DNA from: Infirmifilum sp.
GTDB taxonomy: Archaea > Thermoproteota > Thermoprotei > Thermofilales > Thermofilaceae
NCBI GenBank assembly: GCA_041287245.1
Contig: JBEULP010000062.1
Location: forward strand, 1 to 64,000
Length of the DNA stretch: 64,000 bases
Direction: 5' to 3'
The position numbers and the translations under genes are program-made. The notes beneath the pieces are model-generated. The model was not told where the DNA came from. It did not search any database and worked only from the letters and a program-made list of their open reading frames with translations. This document shows positions 33,856-44,239 of the stretch, piece after piece. Each line of letters starts with the position of its first letter. The stretch's first letter is position 1.

Positions 33856-34590
33856 CTACACCAGGCAGAGAGCAGCTATAAGGATTGTCACCGCTGCAAA
33901 CCCAAGGTCGCTAAGCCGTATGCTCCCGAATCTAACCTCACCACGCTGGCCCCCAAATGACCTCGCGTTGAAGGCTAACCTGGAAGTGTAAGCTTTGCTG
34001 AACCCCCCTGCTATGAGATCCCCGGCGACGCTAAGGTGCATCTTCCATGCCAGCTTCCTTTCGATTTTGGTGGTGAAAATCCTAGCTTCCCGAGCCATCA
34101 GCATTCTAGCAGCTCTTAGCGCGAAAAGCGGGATGAATCTTAAGGTGAAAGCTATTTCGTTCTCAAAGCCTCCCAGCATCTTGAGCCTCCTCAACCCTTT
34201 GAGTAGACCAAGCCACCCCATATAGCTGTAGAAGCCCGTGAACACCGAGGATGCGACCGTGACCCGAGCAATGAAAAGGGTAGGGCTCACCGCTGCCGAA
34301 CTAGGGATCAGCTGTAAAATGTAGGGGATGGATACAACGAGGGAGAAGAACATGGCCACCAGCGTCACAACAAGCCACTCCCTCGCTTTGCCAGCCATCG
34401 CCGCGAGAACCCCTCCGAGGGCGGCCGATGCGAGCAACCCTGGAATTCGCGTAGCGAAGGAGGCTGCGACTGTTAGCGAAACCCCCACAAGCAAGAGCAC
34501 TCTCTCGTCCACCCTGGCCCGCGATCCCGCAGAAACACCGTCTGTCAGGCTGGCGATAATGTAGAAAAAACGGTAGGTTTCGCTCAACAA
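33856..34590 (-). CDS. cbiQ: Co/Ni ECF transporter T component
   Basis: Multi-TM, LRFIP, AREAR and NARSF motifs; start set to TTG 34590. Confidence 0.75.
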   Translation of the reverse strand: MLSETYRFFYIIASLTDGVSAGSRARVDERVLLLVGVSLTVAASFATRIPGLLASAALGGVLAAMAGKAREWLVVTLVAMFFSLVVSIPYILQLIPSSAAVSPTLFIARVTVASSVFTGFYSYMGWLGLLKGLRRLKMLGGFENEIAFTLRFIPLFALRAARMLMAREARIFTTKIERKLAWKMHLSVAGDLIAGGFSKAYTSRLAFNARSFGGQRGEVRFGSIRLSDLGFAAVTILIAALCLV

Positions 34591-34592
34591 AT

Positions 34593-34901
34593 CTACCTCA
34601 AAACTTTGAGGAGGAGGAATGCGAGGACAATGACCACTGCTGCGCCGATCACACCTGAGACGATATAGCCCAGCCAATCTGGAAGCCCCGGAACCGTGTA
34701 GTCGAGGAAAGGCGTCCAGTTTATCTCCTCTGTTGTTTCCTTCAGGCCCAGAACCTGCGCAGCGATATCTAGGGGCTCATGGTACCCGACTATGCTTGCC
34801 AAGTACACGCCGAACAAGGGGCTGATAATTATTAGTAGACCTATAAGGGCGAAGGCGGTTCTATGTTTGGAAACATACTCCTTCAAGCTCATCCCGCTCA
34901 C
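34593..34901 (-). CDS. PDGLE-domain Co/Ni transport accessory subunit
   Basis: Two TMs, HEPLD..PFLDYTVPGL; lies between cbiM and cbiQ. Confidence 0.75.
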   Translation of the reverse strand: MSGMSLKEYVSKHRTAFALIGLLIIISPLFGVYLASIVGYHEPLDIAAQVLGLKETTEEINWTPFLDYTVPGLPDWLGYIVSGVIGAAVVIVLAFLLLKVLR

Positions 34902-35512
34902 CCTTTAACAAGCCCCGGGTGTTTCGCTTTAAGGTAGGCGTACACGCCCGCGGTGATAAGGCCCTCCACAACCCCCAGCAGGGCGTGCCATCCTCCCATT
35001 ACGGGAACCGTCACGGACAGGCCGTAGATGAAGCTACTGGAGAGCCCGAGCTCCAATCCGCAGACGATGCCGGCAAGGGTTATGCTGAGCCAGCCGGCTA
35101 CAAAGCTTCCAAGAACCTTGTGCCTCTCGGGGAAGAGCTTGTAGATAAAATATCCTGTGAAAACGGCAACTACACCCATATTCAGTATATTAGCACCAAG
35201 CGTTGTTATCCCCCCGTCGTGAAACACGAGGGCCTGTGTTAATAGCACAAGAACCATGGACAGATATGCCAGCCAGGGCCCCATTAGAATAGAAGCCAGG
35301 GCACCGCCTACGAGGTGGAGCGATGTCCCACCAGGTATAGGCCAGTTCAGCATCTGGGCCACGAAGATTGCCGCCGCCATCACGGGGAGGAGTGTCTTAG
35401 CCTCCTCAGGGGAGCCTTTTGCCTTTTTAGCCGCATAAAAGCCGACTACGAGGGAAATTAGGTAGGTGACCGCGCAAGTTATAGGGTCTAGGTATCCGTC
35501 TGGTATGTGCAT
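34898..35512 (-). CDS. cbiM: Co/Ni ECF substrate-binding component (CbiM/NikM)
   Basis: N-terminal MHIPDG, GTSLH, DGGITTLGAN. Confidence 0.92.
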   Translation of the reverse strand: MHIPDGYLDPITCAVTYLISLVVGFYAAKKAKGSPEEAKTLLPVMAAAIFVAQMLNWPIPGGTSLHLVGGALASILMGPWLAYLSMVLVLLTQALVFHDGGITTLGANILNMGVVAVFTGYFIYKLFPERHKVLGSFVAGWLSITLAGIVCGLELGLSSSFIYGLSVTVPVMGGWHALLGVVEGLITAGVYAYLKAKHPGLVKG

Positions 35513-35642
35513 GCCTATCAGTATTAGATTTTCGGAAACCAAAGATAAATATTTTATTATGTTAGTACCTTATTATAATATTGTATTACGCATTCCTAAG
35601 TAATGGAAGAGCATATAAAGGCTTCAAGGAATAGCACCTTGT

Positions 35643-36539
35643 ATGAGCAGCCTTAAGCAGTGGTTTATTGCGACACGCCCATGGTCGTTCGTAATGACTG
35701 CGATGTCGATAACTGCCGCTGCAGCATACACCTTCTACCTTACTCAAGGGATAAACATTCCATTCTATGTTGCCACACTCCTAGGCGTGACACTCTTACA
35801 CGCCTCCGCTAACGTCCTTAACGACTACTACGACACGATAAGGAAGGTAGACGTTCCGGGAGCGCCTACAACCCAGTACAGGCCTCATCCAATACTGACA
35901 GGCTTTGCGACACCCGAGAAAGTCAGGAACTTCGGGCTACTCCTGCTAGCTTCAGGGCTCTTATTCGCGGGAATCCTATCAGTGTACAGAACCCTTCTAG
36001 TAATCATCTTAGCATTATCAGGCGTTTTCTTCGTTATCAGCTACTCGGGGGTGCTGGGGCTCAAATACAAGGCCCTAGGGGAGGTCGCCGTATTCCTCAG
36101 CTGGGGCCCCCTGATGTGGCTTGGAACCTTCTACGTCCTCACCGGGCACCTGGACCCAGCCCCCGTCCTCGCAAGTACTCCCATCGGGCTCCTCGTAGCA
36201 GCTGTGCTCACCGCAAACAACCTCCGAGACATAGAGTTCGACAAGAGTCACGGGGCCGTTACTCTGGAAGTGCTTCTCGGACTCGAGAGGGGACGCCTAT
36301 TCTACGCGTACTTCGAAGTCTTCCTCGCGTACGTCGTGCTCCTTATTCTTGCCATAGCCGGCGTGGTTCCGCTCCTTGCCTTGCTCGCCCTTCTCAGCCT
36401 CCCGAGGGCTATAAAGCTTGTAAGGATGTTTGAGAAGGAGATACCGGCGGATGCCGACCCTCGCACCGCTATGCTCGTGCAGGACTTCGGATTACTTTAT
36501 ATTGCTGGGATAATCTTAGGAGCAGTCCTTAAGATCTAA
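35643..36539 (+). CDS. menA: UbiA-family prenyltransferase, MenA-like
   Basis: ATRPWS, NDYYD, NNLRDIEFD. Confidence 0.75.
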   Translation: MSSLKQWFIATRPWSFVMTAMSITAAAAYTFYLTQGINIPFYVATLLGVTLLHASANVLNDYYDTIRKVDVPGAPTTQYRPHPILTGFATPEKVRNFGLLLLASGLLFAGILSVYRTLLVIILALSGVFFVISYSGVLGLKYKALGEVAVFLSWGPLMWLGTFYVLTGHLDPAPVLASTPIGLLVAAVLTANNLRDIEFDKSHGAVTLEVLLGLERGRLFYAYFEVFLAYVVLLILAIAGVVPLLALLALLSLPRAIKLVRMFEKEIPADADPRTAMLVQDFGLLYIAGIILGAVLKI

Positions 36540-36556
36540 AAACTCTTGTTATTCTT

Positions 36557-37411
36557 TTATTTTAAAAGTAGAGCCAGGAAGACTATAGCCATAAACATGT
36601 TTACGACCTTGAAGGCCTTGTAGGACCACTTCCTATAGGAAGTATCTTTTAATCCTCTTATAAGGAAGTATACTGCTATGATCAGAGGTAAAGCCGAGAA
36701 CGCAAGACCCCAGATGCTTAGTAGTCCTGTCACAAACATCCCAGCAAGTATCGAGAATATTATGAGGGAAGCTGCCAGCGAGCCCAAAACTCCAGCCTTT
36801 TCCCCCTTAATGGCAGGCAACATGGGGACATTAGCCCTCCTGTAATCATCCACATAGTAAGTGGCTAGCGTCCAGATGTGAAGATTACTCCAGACCGCAA
36901 CGAGCAGTAATAGTAGAACGCCCTGTACATCTACGCTCCCGGTAGCTCCAGCCCAGCCTCCAAGAGCCGGCATCCCTCCTGCAAAGCCCCCGAAAACCGT
37001 GCTCCACGGGCTTCTTCGCTTAAGCAGATACGTGTAAAGAATAATGTCTATGAGGAATCCGAGCAGGCCAGCGGAGAAGACCCAGAGGTTAACTGAAAGG
37101 GCAAGTACCAGTCCACCAACCGTCGCGAGAAGACTCAGAAGAGACCCTTCGAGCTTGTTGAGTTTTCCAGAGGGTATGGGTCTCCGGGAGGTTCTAAACA
37201 TCAAAGCGTCTATGTCGGCGTCGAGAACCATGTTAATGCCTGTCGTCCCCATAATTGTCAAGAGCATGGACATGCTAGTTAGAGCTAGCTTGGGTAAGTC
37301 TGGTCTTAGGTTAGAGCCGGCTATGAAGGCAAAAACCCCGGTCCACAGTAGCAATAGGCTCTGCTTCAGCTTAAAGAAGTCAACCAGTATCTCCTTAAAG
37401 TTCGCCTTCAT
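36557..37411 (-). CDS. ctaB: Protoheme IX prenyltransferase (heme O synthase)
   Basis: NMVLDADIDALMFRTSRRPIPSG, YTYLLKR, DYRRANVPMLP. Confidence 0.85.
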   Translation of the reverse strand: MKANFKEILVDFFKLKQSLLLLWTGVFAFIAGSNLRPDLPKLALTSMSMLLTIMGTTGINMVLDADIDALMFRTSRRPIPSGKLNKLEGSLLSLLATVGGLVLALSVNLWVFSAGLLGFLIDIILYTYLLKRRSPWSTVFGGFAGGMPALGGWAGATGSVDVQGVLLLLLVAVWSNLHIWTLATYYVDDYRRANVPMLPAIKGEKAGVLGSLAASLIIFSILAGMFVTGLLSIWGLAFSALPLIIAVYFLIRGLKDTSYRKWSYKAFKVVNMFMAIVFLALLLK

Positions 37412-37465
37412 CGCTTCTCACGCTGTAAAGCGAGATAAAAACCATTATGTAAGCATAAAGACAGT

Positions 37466-38128
37466 TTAGGGCCTTACGATCGACGAGGGGACTCCCACTT
37501 TAATTATTCTATATTCTAAGGAGCAATACCCTTCGTCGCCCTTGAACACTACGAGAAGGCTTGTGGGATAGCCGTCTCCCGTCACCGCGACTTCCCCAGA
37601 CCATATTCTAGGCGTCTTAAAGTTTGAGCTTATGATACCGGTAGCCTCACTGAAAACATTCTGGCATTCTACGGTACAGGTACCGTTGAAGAGGATGGTT
37701 GCTAGACTTCTCTCTTGTTTAATATAGAACTCCCTCGCCTTGCCCGCGGCCTCCAAGACCTTGCCCAGCAGCGTGTCTTGTGGCTTCCAACCCGAGCCAC
37801 TTATAATCCATCCCCCCTCCACGTTAACCATTGAAAGGGATTTGTTTGAGTAGAAAAGGTATATTCTCGGCGCTGCCCCTCGAGGAACAACTGTTATAAT
37901 GGTCGACAGCTCGTTGGTGACTATACTCACGTTGCCTGCGATTAGGGCATACCCGTCGCTACAGTTTATCTTCTCCATGAAACTCCATCCAGGCGAGTTT
38001 AAAACTTTCTCACGCGCATCTGCTAACAGGCTTTGAGGGGTTCTTCTCGTCAGGCTCGCTCCAAGGAGTATAATGGCTATTACGAGTAGTATTGGGACTG
38101 CGATGAGAAGCACATGTTTACGCTCCAT
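37466..38128 (-). CDS. Hypothetical membrane-anchored protein
   Basis: N-terminal TM followed by a soluble domain. Confidence 0.65.
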   Translation of the reverse strand: MERKHVLLIAVPILLVIAIILLGASLTRRTPQSLLADAREKVLNSPGWSFMEKINCSDGYALIAGNVSIVTNELSTIITVVPRGAAPRIYLFYSNKSLSMVNVEGGWIISGSGWKPQDTLLGKVLEAAGKAREFYIKQERSLATILFNGTCTVECQNVFSEATGIISSNFKTPRIWSGEVAVTGDGYPTSLLVVFKGDEGYCSLEYRIIKVGVPSSIVRP

Positions 38129-38196
38129 GTGGCTATACGCCGTTTAAACCATAAATAAAATTTAAGCTTAAGTATCTGTTGAAGAGTAGGCTGACT

Positions 38197-39459
38197 ATGT
38201 TGCGTAAAGCAAGGGATACTGTCTCCTCCCTGCGAAAACTGCCTAAAAACATTAAAGTTTTAGCTGTAGGGTGGCTATTTTGGAGCCCTGTCCAGGCGAT
38301 GGCAGGGCCATACCTACAGCTCTACGTAAGTAGGTTAGGTGCTACCCCGGAGGAATTATCGCTTGTGCAGTCAATACAACAATACGCAAACGCCGCTGCT
38401 AGGGTTATAGGAGGCTATATCTCCGACAGGCACGGTAGGAAGAAGATAATATGGATCGGGACGCTGCTCGTATCACTCGCATACCTGATAATGGTTTTCG
38501 CTTCTGATTGGAGAACCTATGCATTGGCTTCCGGGCTTAACAGTTTATTCCTATTCTACCAGCCCGCGCTCGAGGGAATACAGGCCGACTCTGTGGCGCT
38601 GGAGGCCAGGGGGAGAATATACTCTTTCGTCAGCTTTATGAGCGGGCTAGCCTCCTCCGTCGCACCTCTCGGCGGCGCTACCGTTGTAAACGCACTCGGG
38701 CTTATAGAAGGTGTGAGGCTGAGCTTCCTCTTAAGCGCTGTTATAGGTTTTTTCATAGCTTGGATACGGATGAAATACATGGAAGAGACGCTCACACCTG
38801 ACGAAAACGGGGAAGGTTTTGTTGAGGCTTACAAGAAGACGCTCGTTATATTGAAAGGAAGTATAGCCGTTTTAATGATGGTGGATATCGCCACTAATTT
38901 TATCGGTGGGATTGCATTCCTAGGCGGCTATTACCAGTACTACTATCTTGGAGTCGATAAAACCGGGCTGGGGGTGCTAGCCACGATAGGAGGCGTTATA
39001 AGCCTCATCCTAACTTTGCCTGCAGGCTACATAGCTGATAAAAAGGGCAGAGGTTTCTCGATATTCTGGGGCTTCACCCTGGGCACGGTGAGCCTCTTAT
39101 TATTCGTCCTCACCCCACCCCGCTCATACATAACCTTCCCACTCCTAGTAGCTTCAACCGTTTTCGGCTCAATCGGCGGGCCTCTCTACGGAATCGCCTA
39201 CTCGACGCTTCGTGCAGATCTAGTCCCTAAGGAGCAGCGAGGAAGGGTCTACGCCGTCCTCGGAATACCTCCGACAATAGCTTGGAGCGTGGGGGCGGGC
39301 CTGGGAGGGTGGATGTATAGTAGCCTGGGCCCACAGGCACCATTCACGGCAAGCCTACTGTTAAGGCTACTTTTGACCCCGCTCTTACTTTACTTCTTCT
39401 GGACAATAACAAAGCAGGTTGACGCGAAGCTCAGAGATAACGAAGCGAAGGCTCAATAA
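38197..39459 (+). CDS. MFS transporter
   Basis: GYISDRHGRK and GYIADKKGR motif A; about 12 TMs. Confidence 0.88.
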   Translation: MLRKARDTVSSLRKLPKNIKVLAVGWLFWSPVQAMAGPYLQLYVSRLGATPEELSLVQSIQQYANAAARVIGGYISDRHGRKKIIWIGTLLVSLAYLIMVFASDWRTYALASGLNSLFLFYQPALEGIQADSVALEARGRIYSFVSFMSGLASSVAPLGGATVVNALGLIEGVRLSFLLSAVIGFFIAWIRMKYMEETLTPDENGEGFVEAYKKTLVILKGSIAVLMMVDIATNFIGGIAFLGGYYQYYYLGVDKTGLGVLATIGGVISLILTLPAGYIADKKGRGFSIFWGFTLGTVSLLLFVLTPPRSYITFPLLVASTVFGSIGGPLYGIAYSTLRADLVPKEQRGRVYAVLGIPPTIAWSVGAGLGGWMYSSLGPQAPFTASLLLRLLLTPLLLYFFWTITKQVDAKLRDNEAKAQ

Positions 39460-40228
39460 CAGGGGGGGTCCGGCGTTTATGTTCACTAGCCGCATGCATC
39501 TCCAGTATACGCTTAACAACACCCTCACTTACTCCAGTCAACTTGCTGACCTCTGCCGGCTCAGCCTTCACGTCGAAGAGCCAGTATAACACCTCGTCTA
39601 TAACCTCGTAAGATAGCCCCAGCTCCTTCTCAGCCTCATGTCCGGGCCAGAGCCTAGGGCTGCTGGGCTTTAAAGCTATTCTCTCAGGCAATCCTAGGTG
39701 CAGGGCTAGCTGGCGTACATAAGTTTTGTAAAGTCCCCCTATAGGCAAGAGGTCCACGCCGCCGTCCCCGTATTTTGTAAAGTAGCCTATGAGCAGCTCG
39801 CTCCTGTCGCCGGAACCCACGACTAGGCTCCCATATTTATAGGCTCGTTGATGGAGGATGGACATCCTTACCCTTGCAGCTAGGTTCCCCCTCTCTATGG
39901 CGGACATAGAGCCTAATGCCCTGTCGAAACAGCTCAGGATGGGCTCGATCTCTATAAGCTCTACGTTCTCATGGGGAATGCCAGCCTTGTCCACCACCGT
40001 CCATGCGTCCTCTACGTCCTCCTTGGGGGTTGACGCGCTTGGGAGGATAAGGGCATGTACGTTTCTGCTCCCTAGAGCCTCAGCTGCTAAAAGTGTTGTG
40101 ACGGCACTGTCGACGCCGCCGCTCACGCCTATGACTCCGCCTCTCTTGCCGGCTTCCTCAAAGACATATTTCCTAAGCCTACTGGTGATCGACCTTCTCG
40201 CTAGCTCAAGGTCTATCTTCGGCAACAT
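39431..40228 (-). CDS. nadE: NH3-dependent NAD+ synthetase
   Basis: SGGVDS, GNLAARVRM, GYFTKYGDG. Confidence 0.93.
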   Translation of the reverse strand: MLPKIDLELARRSITSRLRKYVFEEAGKRGGVIGVSGGVDSAVTTLLAAEALGSRNVHALILPSASTPKEDVEDAWTVVDKAGIPHENVELIEIEPILSCFDRALGSMSAIERGNLAARVRMSILHQRAYKYGSLVVGSGDRSELLIGYFTKYGDGGVDLLPIGGLYKTYVRQLALHLGLPERIALKPSSPRLWPGHEAEKELGLSYEVIDEVLYWLFDVKAEPAEVSKLTGVSEGVVKRILEMHAASEHKRRTPPVIEPSLRYL

Positions 40229-40270
40229 GTGCTTCGAAAACCCTTTTAATCTACTCAATATTAAAGCCTA

Positions 40271-40558
40271 TTGGGATCCATGCTTGTAAATAAATCAAAG
40301 CTCCTCTCGTTTACCAACCGTAGTGGACTCTACGTCGTCAAGGAGAGTGGAGATAGGCTAACCCTCACGTTTTCTTCGGTTGTATTGGAGGAGGTGCTGG
40401 GGGAGTATTCCGAGATAACAATTTCGGGGCGGGTCCTCGGGGAAAACGTGGACATAGATAAGGTAGTAGTGCGGCGGGCTGGTACGAGCGAAGAGGTCGA
40501 TCCAAGGGTCATTGAAGGATGGCTCAGATACATAGAGCAGACAGAAAAAACATACTAA
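40271..40558 (+). CDS. Hypothetical protein
   Basis: 95-aa ORF filling the gap between nadE and apgM. Confidence 0.55.
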   Translation: MGSMLVNKSKLLSFTNRSGLYVVKESGDRLTLTFSSVVLEEVLGEYSEITISGRVLGENVDIDKVVVRRAGTSEEVDPRVIEGWLRYIEQTEKTY

Positions 40559-40609
40559 CATTGCTTAAAACGTATTAGATATAACTTCCCCCAACTTATT
40601 TATCCCCGT

Positions 40610-41881
40610 ATGAAGCTGATATATCTTGTTCTCGACGGTGTGGCAGACAAGCCAGGTGACGGGAGGACATCTCTCGAAGCGGCGAACCACCCCTCGCTCG
40701 ACCACATTGCTAGGAGGTCTAAAGCTGGACTTATGTATACTATCGGTAGAGGTGTAGCCCCTGAGAGTGACGCCGCAGTAATATCCATCCTAGGATACAA
40801 CCCTCACGACGAGTACACTGGGAGAGGCCCCTTAGAAGCTGTAGGAGCGGGTCTCTTCCTTCGGGAGGGATACGAGGTTGCCTTCAGGGCAAACTTCGCC
40901 ACCATCGACCCCGAGTCCCGTAGGATTTTAGACAGGAGGTGTGGGCGCAACCTGACAAGCGAGGAGGCACATGAGCTTGCCAAAGCACTGGACGGCATGA
41001 GCCTTGGAGCTTACGACGGGTATGCTAGGGTAGTCGCTACTATAGGGCACAGGGCAGTCGTGATAATTGGGAGTAAAACAAACAGGCTGAGCGACGCGGT
41101 TGACAACACAGACCCGGCCTACTCCAAGGAGGGCTACGTCTCTGTGGCAAAGCCCACGTTCGAGCCCTACATTCCAGGCGCGAGGCCGCTGGAAGACACC
41201 GAGGAGGCTAGGCGTACAGCAGAACTTGTAGACAGGTTTACAAGTCTCTCAATCTCTATCCTCGAAAACCACCCTGTAAACAAGAAGCGGAGAGAGGAGG
41301 GTAAGCTACCCGCAAACGCCATCCTTTTACGGGACTCGGGAGGCAGGCTTCCCAGGCTCAAGCCGATAAGGGAGAAGTTCGGGTTGAGTTTTGGAGCTGT
41401 AGCAGAAATGCCTGTGGAGATAGGCATAGCTAGGGTTCTAAAGATGGATGTGGAGCCTGTTCCCCCGCCTACAAACGACAAGAGGGGCGACTATAAGGTG
41501 AGACTAGAGGCGACGCTGAGGCTGCTCGAGCGGAGCGACGCTGTTTACGTGCACCTGAAGGGGCCCGACGAGCCTGGACACGACGGGAACTTCAAGGCTA
41601 AGGTTGAGAGCATCGAGATGATAGACGAGTACTACGTTAAGCCTCTAATAGAGGCGATTAAGGACAGAGACGTGGCCGTCCTGGTAACAGCTGACCATGC
41701 CACGCCATATACCCGGAAGTCCCACACGGATGACCCCGTACCCATAATCCTCTACCACCCGAGCCTACCCCCCGACAATATAACGAGGTTTACCGAGAAG
41801 GAGTGTGCAAAAGGGTCTCTTGGAGTGTTCGAACATGGTTGGCTGATGCTTCCAGAGATCCTGAAACTGTTGAGGAAATAG
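40610..41881 (+). CDS. apgM: Cofactor-independent phosphoglycerate mutase (archaeal type)
   Basis: LDGVAD, PESD, GRGPLEA, HLKGPDEPGHDG, TADHATP. Confidence 0.92.
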   Translation: MKLIYLVLDGVADKPGDGRTSLEAANHPSLDHIARRSKAGLMYTIGRGVAPESDAAVISILGYNPHDEYTGRGPLEAVGAGLFLREGYEVAFRANFATIDPESRRILDRRCGRNLTSEEAHELAKALDGMSLGAYDGYARVVATIGHRAVVIIGSKTNRLSDAVDNTDPAYSKEGYVSVAKPTFEPYIPGARPLEDTEEARRTAELVDRFTSLSISILENHPVNKKRREEGKLPANAILLRDSGGRLPRLKPIREKFGLSFGAVAEMPVEIGIARVLKMDVEPVPPPTNDKRGDYKVRLEATLRLLERSDAVYVHLKGPDEPGHDGNFKAKVESIEMIDEYYVKPLIEAIKDRDVAVLVTADHATPYTRKSHTDDPVPIILYHPSLPPDNITRFTEKECAKGSLGVFEHGWLMLPEILKLLRK

Positions 41882-42481
41882 CTAAAAGGGGATATTTACA
41901 CTTCCTAGGCGCTTAATCACGAGGTACGTGTAGGGGAGCGAGCCTGCCAGGATAAATAAGGCCCCCGCAAGCTCCAAGATAGCTACGCTGGGCCACCCAA
42001 CAGTGTAATGGATGAGCACACCAAGCGGGATGGCCGAGACTCCGAGGAAAAGTATAACCGAGCCCTCCAATACCTTTTTCTGGAGCAGGAGGCTCAGCCC
42101 CATGAAGGACATTCCCAGGTAGCTTTGAACGTAAAACCATGTTGAGACGAACGTGTGAGGTCTCGTCCCGCTGGGATAGACTCCTATGAGGATGAGAAAT
42201 ATTCCGGCTGTGAACAAAAGCCCCGTCGAGAACGCCTCAAGCCTAGACTTGCTAGAAGCGAGGGCGGCTAGAGAGTACAAGGTGAAGAGCAGTCCTGAAG
42301 CTATCAGGGTATAGTTGAAAATCCAGGGGTTGTTAGCCCCGCTTCCGCCGAGGTCGCTGAACGCATTCCTGTACAAGCTCCACCACGGGTTGTGCTGAGC
42401 GGCTATTATAACTCCTATGGCGAAGACGGCGAAGGAGAGCGGTCCCGCAAGTATCAAATACCTACTCATTCTCTGCTTCAT
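41882..42481 (-). CDS. DUF998-family membrane protein
   Basis: NPWW...NAFSDLG...FN, GVYP...PH. Confidence 0.75.
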   Translation of the reverse strand: MKQRMSRYLILAGPLSFAVFAIGVIIAAQHNPWWSLYRNAFSDLGGSGANNPWIFNYTLIASGLLFTLYSLAALASSKSRLEAFSTGLLFTAGIFLILIGVYPSGTRPHTFVSTWFYVQSYLGMSFMGLSLLLQKKVLEGSVILFLGVSAIPLGVLIHYTVGWPSVAILELAGALFILAGSLPYTYLVIKRLGSVNIPF

Positions 42482-42551
42482 AGTTATGATTAGATGCTGT
42501 TTAGCAAGTTAAACTTTACCTTGATAAACATAGCCCCCTTGAACGTTACTG

Positions 42552-43286
42552 ATGAAAACACTACCCAGGTCTCTGGCAACCTCACTGGTAGCGATAAACG
42601 CAACGCTCTACGCTGTGATAGGATACCTCACTTATTTGGGAGTCTTTACTCCAGTCATAGGCACTGTAAGGTTCTGGCCAAGCGTGTTCGTACCAGCTGT
42701 CTTCTCCATAGCATTCTCACCCCTAATAGGAGGGCTCGGGGCGGCAATAGGGATATTCATAAGCGACATGCTCGTGCACGGAAACCCGTTGCTCAGCCTC
42801 TCGGTTGGCGTCCCTGCAAATTTCCTAGGTTTCTACGCGGTCGGCTTAACATATAAGCACGTAAGGAACACTAGGAGCGCACTCCTCTTAACACTTGTCG
42901 AGGTCGCGGCAACCAGCCTAGCCCTATACCTTGCCTATCAACACGCTCTCGTGGACCAGAACTTCTACTTCGCCGCGTCGATAGCCATTGTCTCAACACT
43001 AGGTCTCACGCTAGCCTTCATAGCCATATATAAGGGGGAGGCTTCAAGAATAATCTTCGCAGGCTCGACTGGACTCATACTTGGATCTGCGGTAATAGGC
43101 ATAGGGGTCTGGCTTTATAGCCAGAGCTTCACATTACCCTCAGGAGCCAAGGCCCTACCAGCCTGGGCCTCTCTCGTATGGTTCCTCTGGACATACCTTA
43201 CAGAAGTACCATTCATAGCCCTCCTAGCTCCGCCCACAATCGCCCTCCTCAGGCGAACAGGACTCTCAAGAGAGGAGGAGAGATGA
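42552..43286 (+). CDS. ECF transporter S component
   Basis: ATLYA, VRFWP, GAAIGIFISD; multi-TM. Confidence 0.75.
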   Translation: MKTLPRSLATSLVAINATLYAVIGYLTYLGVFTPVIGTVRFWPSVFVPAVFSIAFSPLIGGLGAAIGIFISDMLVHGNPLLSLSVGVPANFLGFYAVGLTYKHVRNTRSALLLTLVEVAATSLALYLAYQHALVDQNFYFAASIAIVSTLGLTLAFIAIYKGEASRIIFAGSTGLILGSAVIGIGVWLYSQSFTLPSGAKALPAWASLVWFLWTYLTEVPFIALLAPPTIALLRRTGLSREEER

Positions 43287-44182
43287 ACTGCGCTAAAGCA
43301 TGGAGCCCCGCCGGGCTATCAGCTATATTCGAGGCGCATCCAGTAGAGGGAGACCCTCTGCGGTCTGGAGCCCGAGGGGCCGGAGTAGCGCTAGAGAAGG
43401 GCGTAACGGCGGAGGTCTGCCTTAATAGCGGGGGAGAATACAAGAGCTATCTTAACGGTGTCAGAGGAGAACATGAAGTCGCTCTAAAGGCGGCTAGAGA
43501 AGTCGCGAGAATAGCAGGGTACAACGGCGGCCTATCAATAAGACAGGAAGTCGAGGTTCCGATTGGCGGAGGCCTCGGCACAAGTGGCGCAAGCGCCTTG
43601 GCAGTCGCCCTAGCCACGGCAAGCCTACTAGGCTTAAAGCTGAGCTACACCGCTATAGCCAGGATAGCCCATAAGGTAGACGTCGAGGCAGGCACAGGAT
43701 TAGGCACGGTATCCGGCCTCGCAGTTGGGGGCGCGTGTATAGTCCTCGAACCCGGGGCTCCTGGCTTAGACAAAGTGGATAGAATACCCGCGCCCCAGGA
43801 CGCACTAGTAGTTGTAGGCTTCTTTGCACCTATAAAGAAATCCACCCTCCTGCGACACACAAGTCTCCAAAGGATAAACACTATAGGTAGAAGACTCATC
43901 GAGGAACTGGCCCGAGAACCTACCCTGGAAAACCTCCAGAATGTTTCAAAACAGTTTTCCCTTGAAACACAACTAGCTACAGAAAACGTGCAAAAAGCCT
44001 ATAAACAACTCCTCGAATACGGGTTCCCACATGCGGGGCAGGCAATGGTGGGGGACACGGTCTTCACAATAGTCCCGGAAGAGAAGGCTGGTAAGGCTGA
44101 AGAGATTCTTAAAAGACTAGGCGCCACGACACTAACCTCCAAGATCTCCTGGAAGCCGGCTGTACTTCTCTCAGCCGAATAA
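43283..44182 (+). CDS. GHMP kinase, pantoate kinase-like
   Basis: GARGAG, PIGGGLGTSGA, GTGLGTV, PGAPG, QAMVG; start set to ATG 43283. Confidence 0.8.
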   Translation: MNCAKAWSPAGLSAIFEAHPVEGDPLRSGARGAGVALEKGVTAEVCLNSGGEYKSYLNGVRGEHEVALKAAREVARIAGYNGGLSIRQEVEVPIGGGLGTSGASALAVALATASLLGLKLSYTAIARIAHKVDVEAGTGLGTVSGLAVGGACIVLEPGAPGLDKVDRIPAPQDALVVVGFFAPIKKSTLLRHTSLQRINTIGRRLIEELAREPTLENLQNVSKQFSLETQLATENVQKAYKQLLEYGFPHAGQAMVGDTVFTIVPEEKAGKAEEILKRLGATTLTSKISWKPAVLLSAE

Positions 44183-44239
44183 CCCCTGGGAATAACCCTT
44201 CACCTTGCTTTCCCCTATGAGACCAGGCAACAAGATGAC

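Noticed and set aside
35555..35590. NikR-like operator upstream of cbiM
   Set aside because: Only a weak imperfect palindrome in AT-rich promoter DNA.
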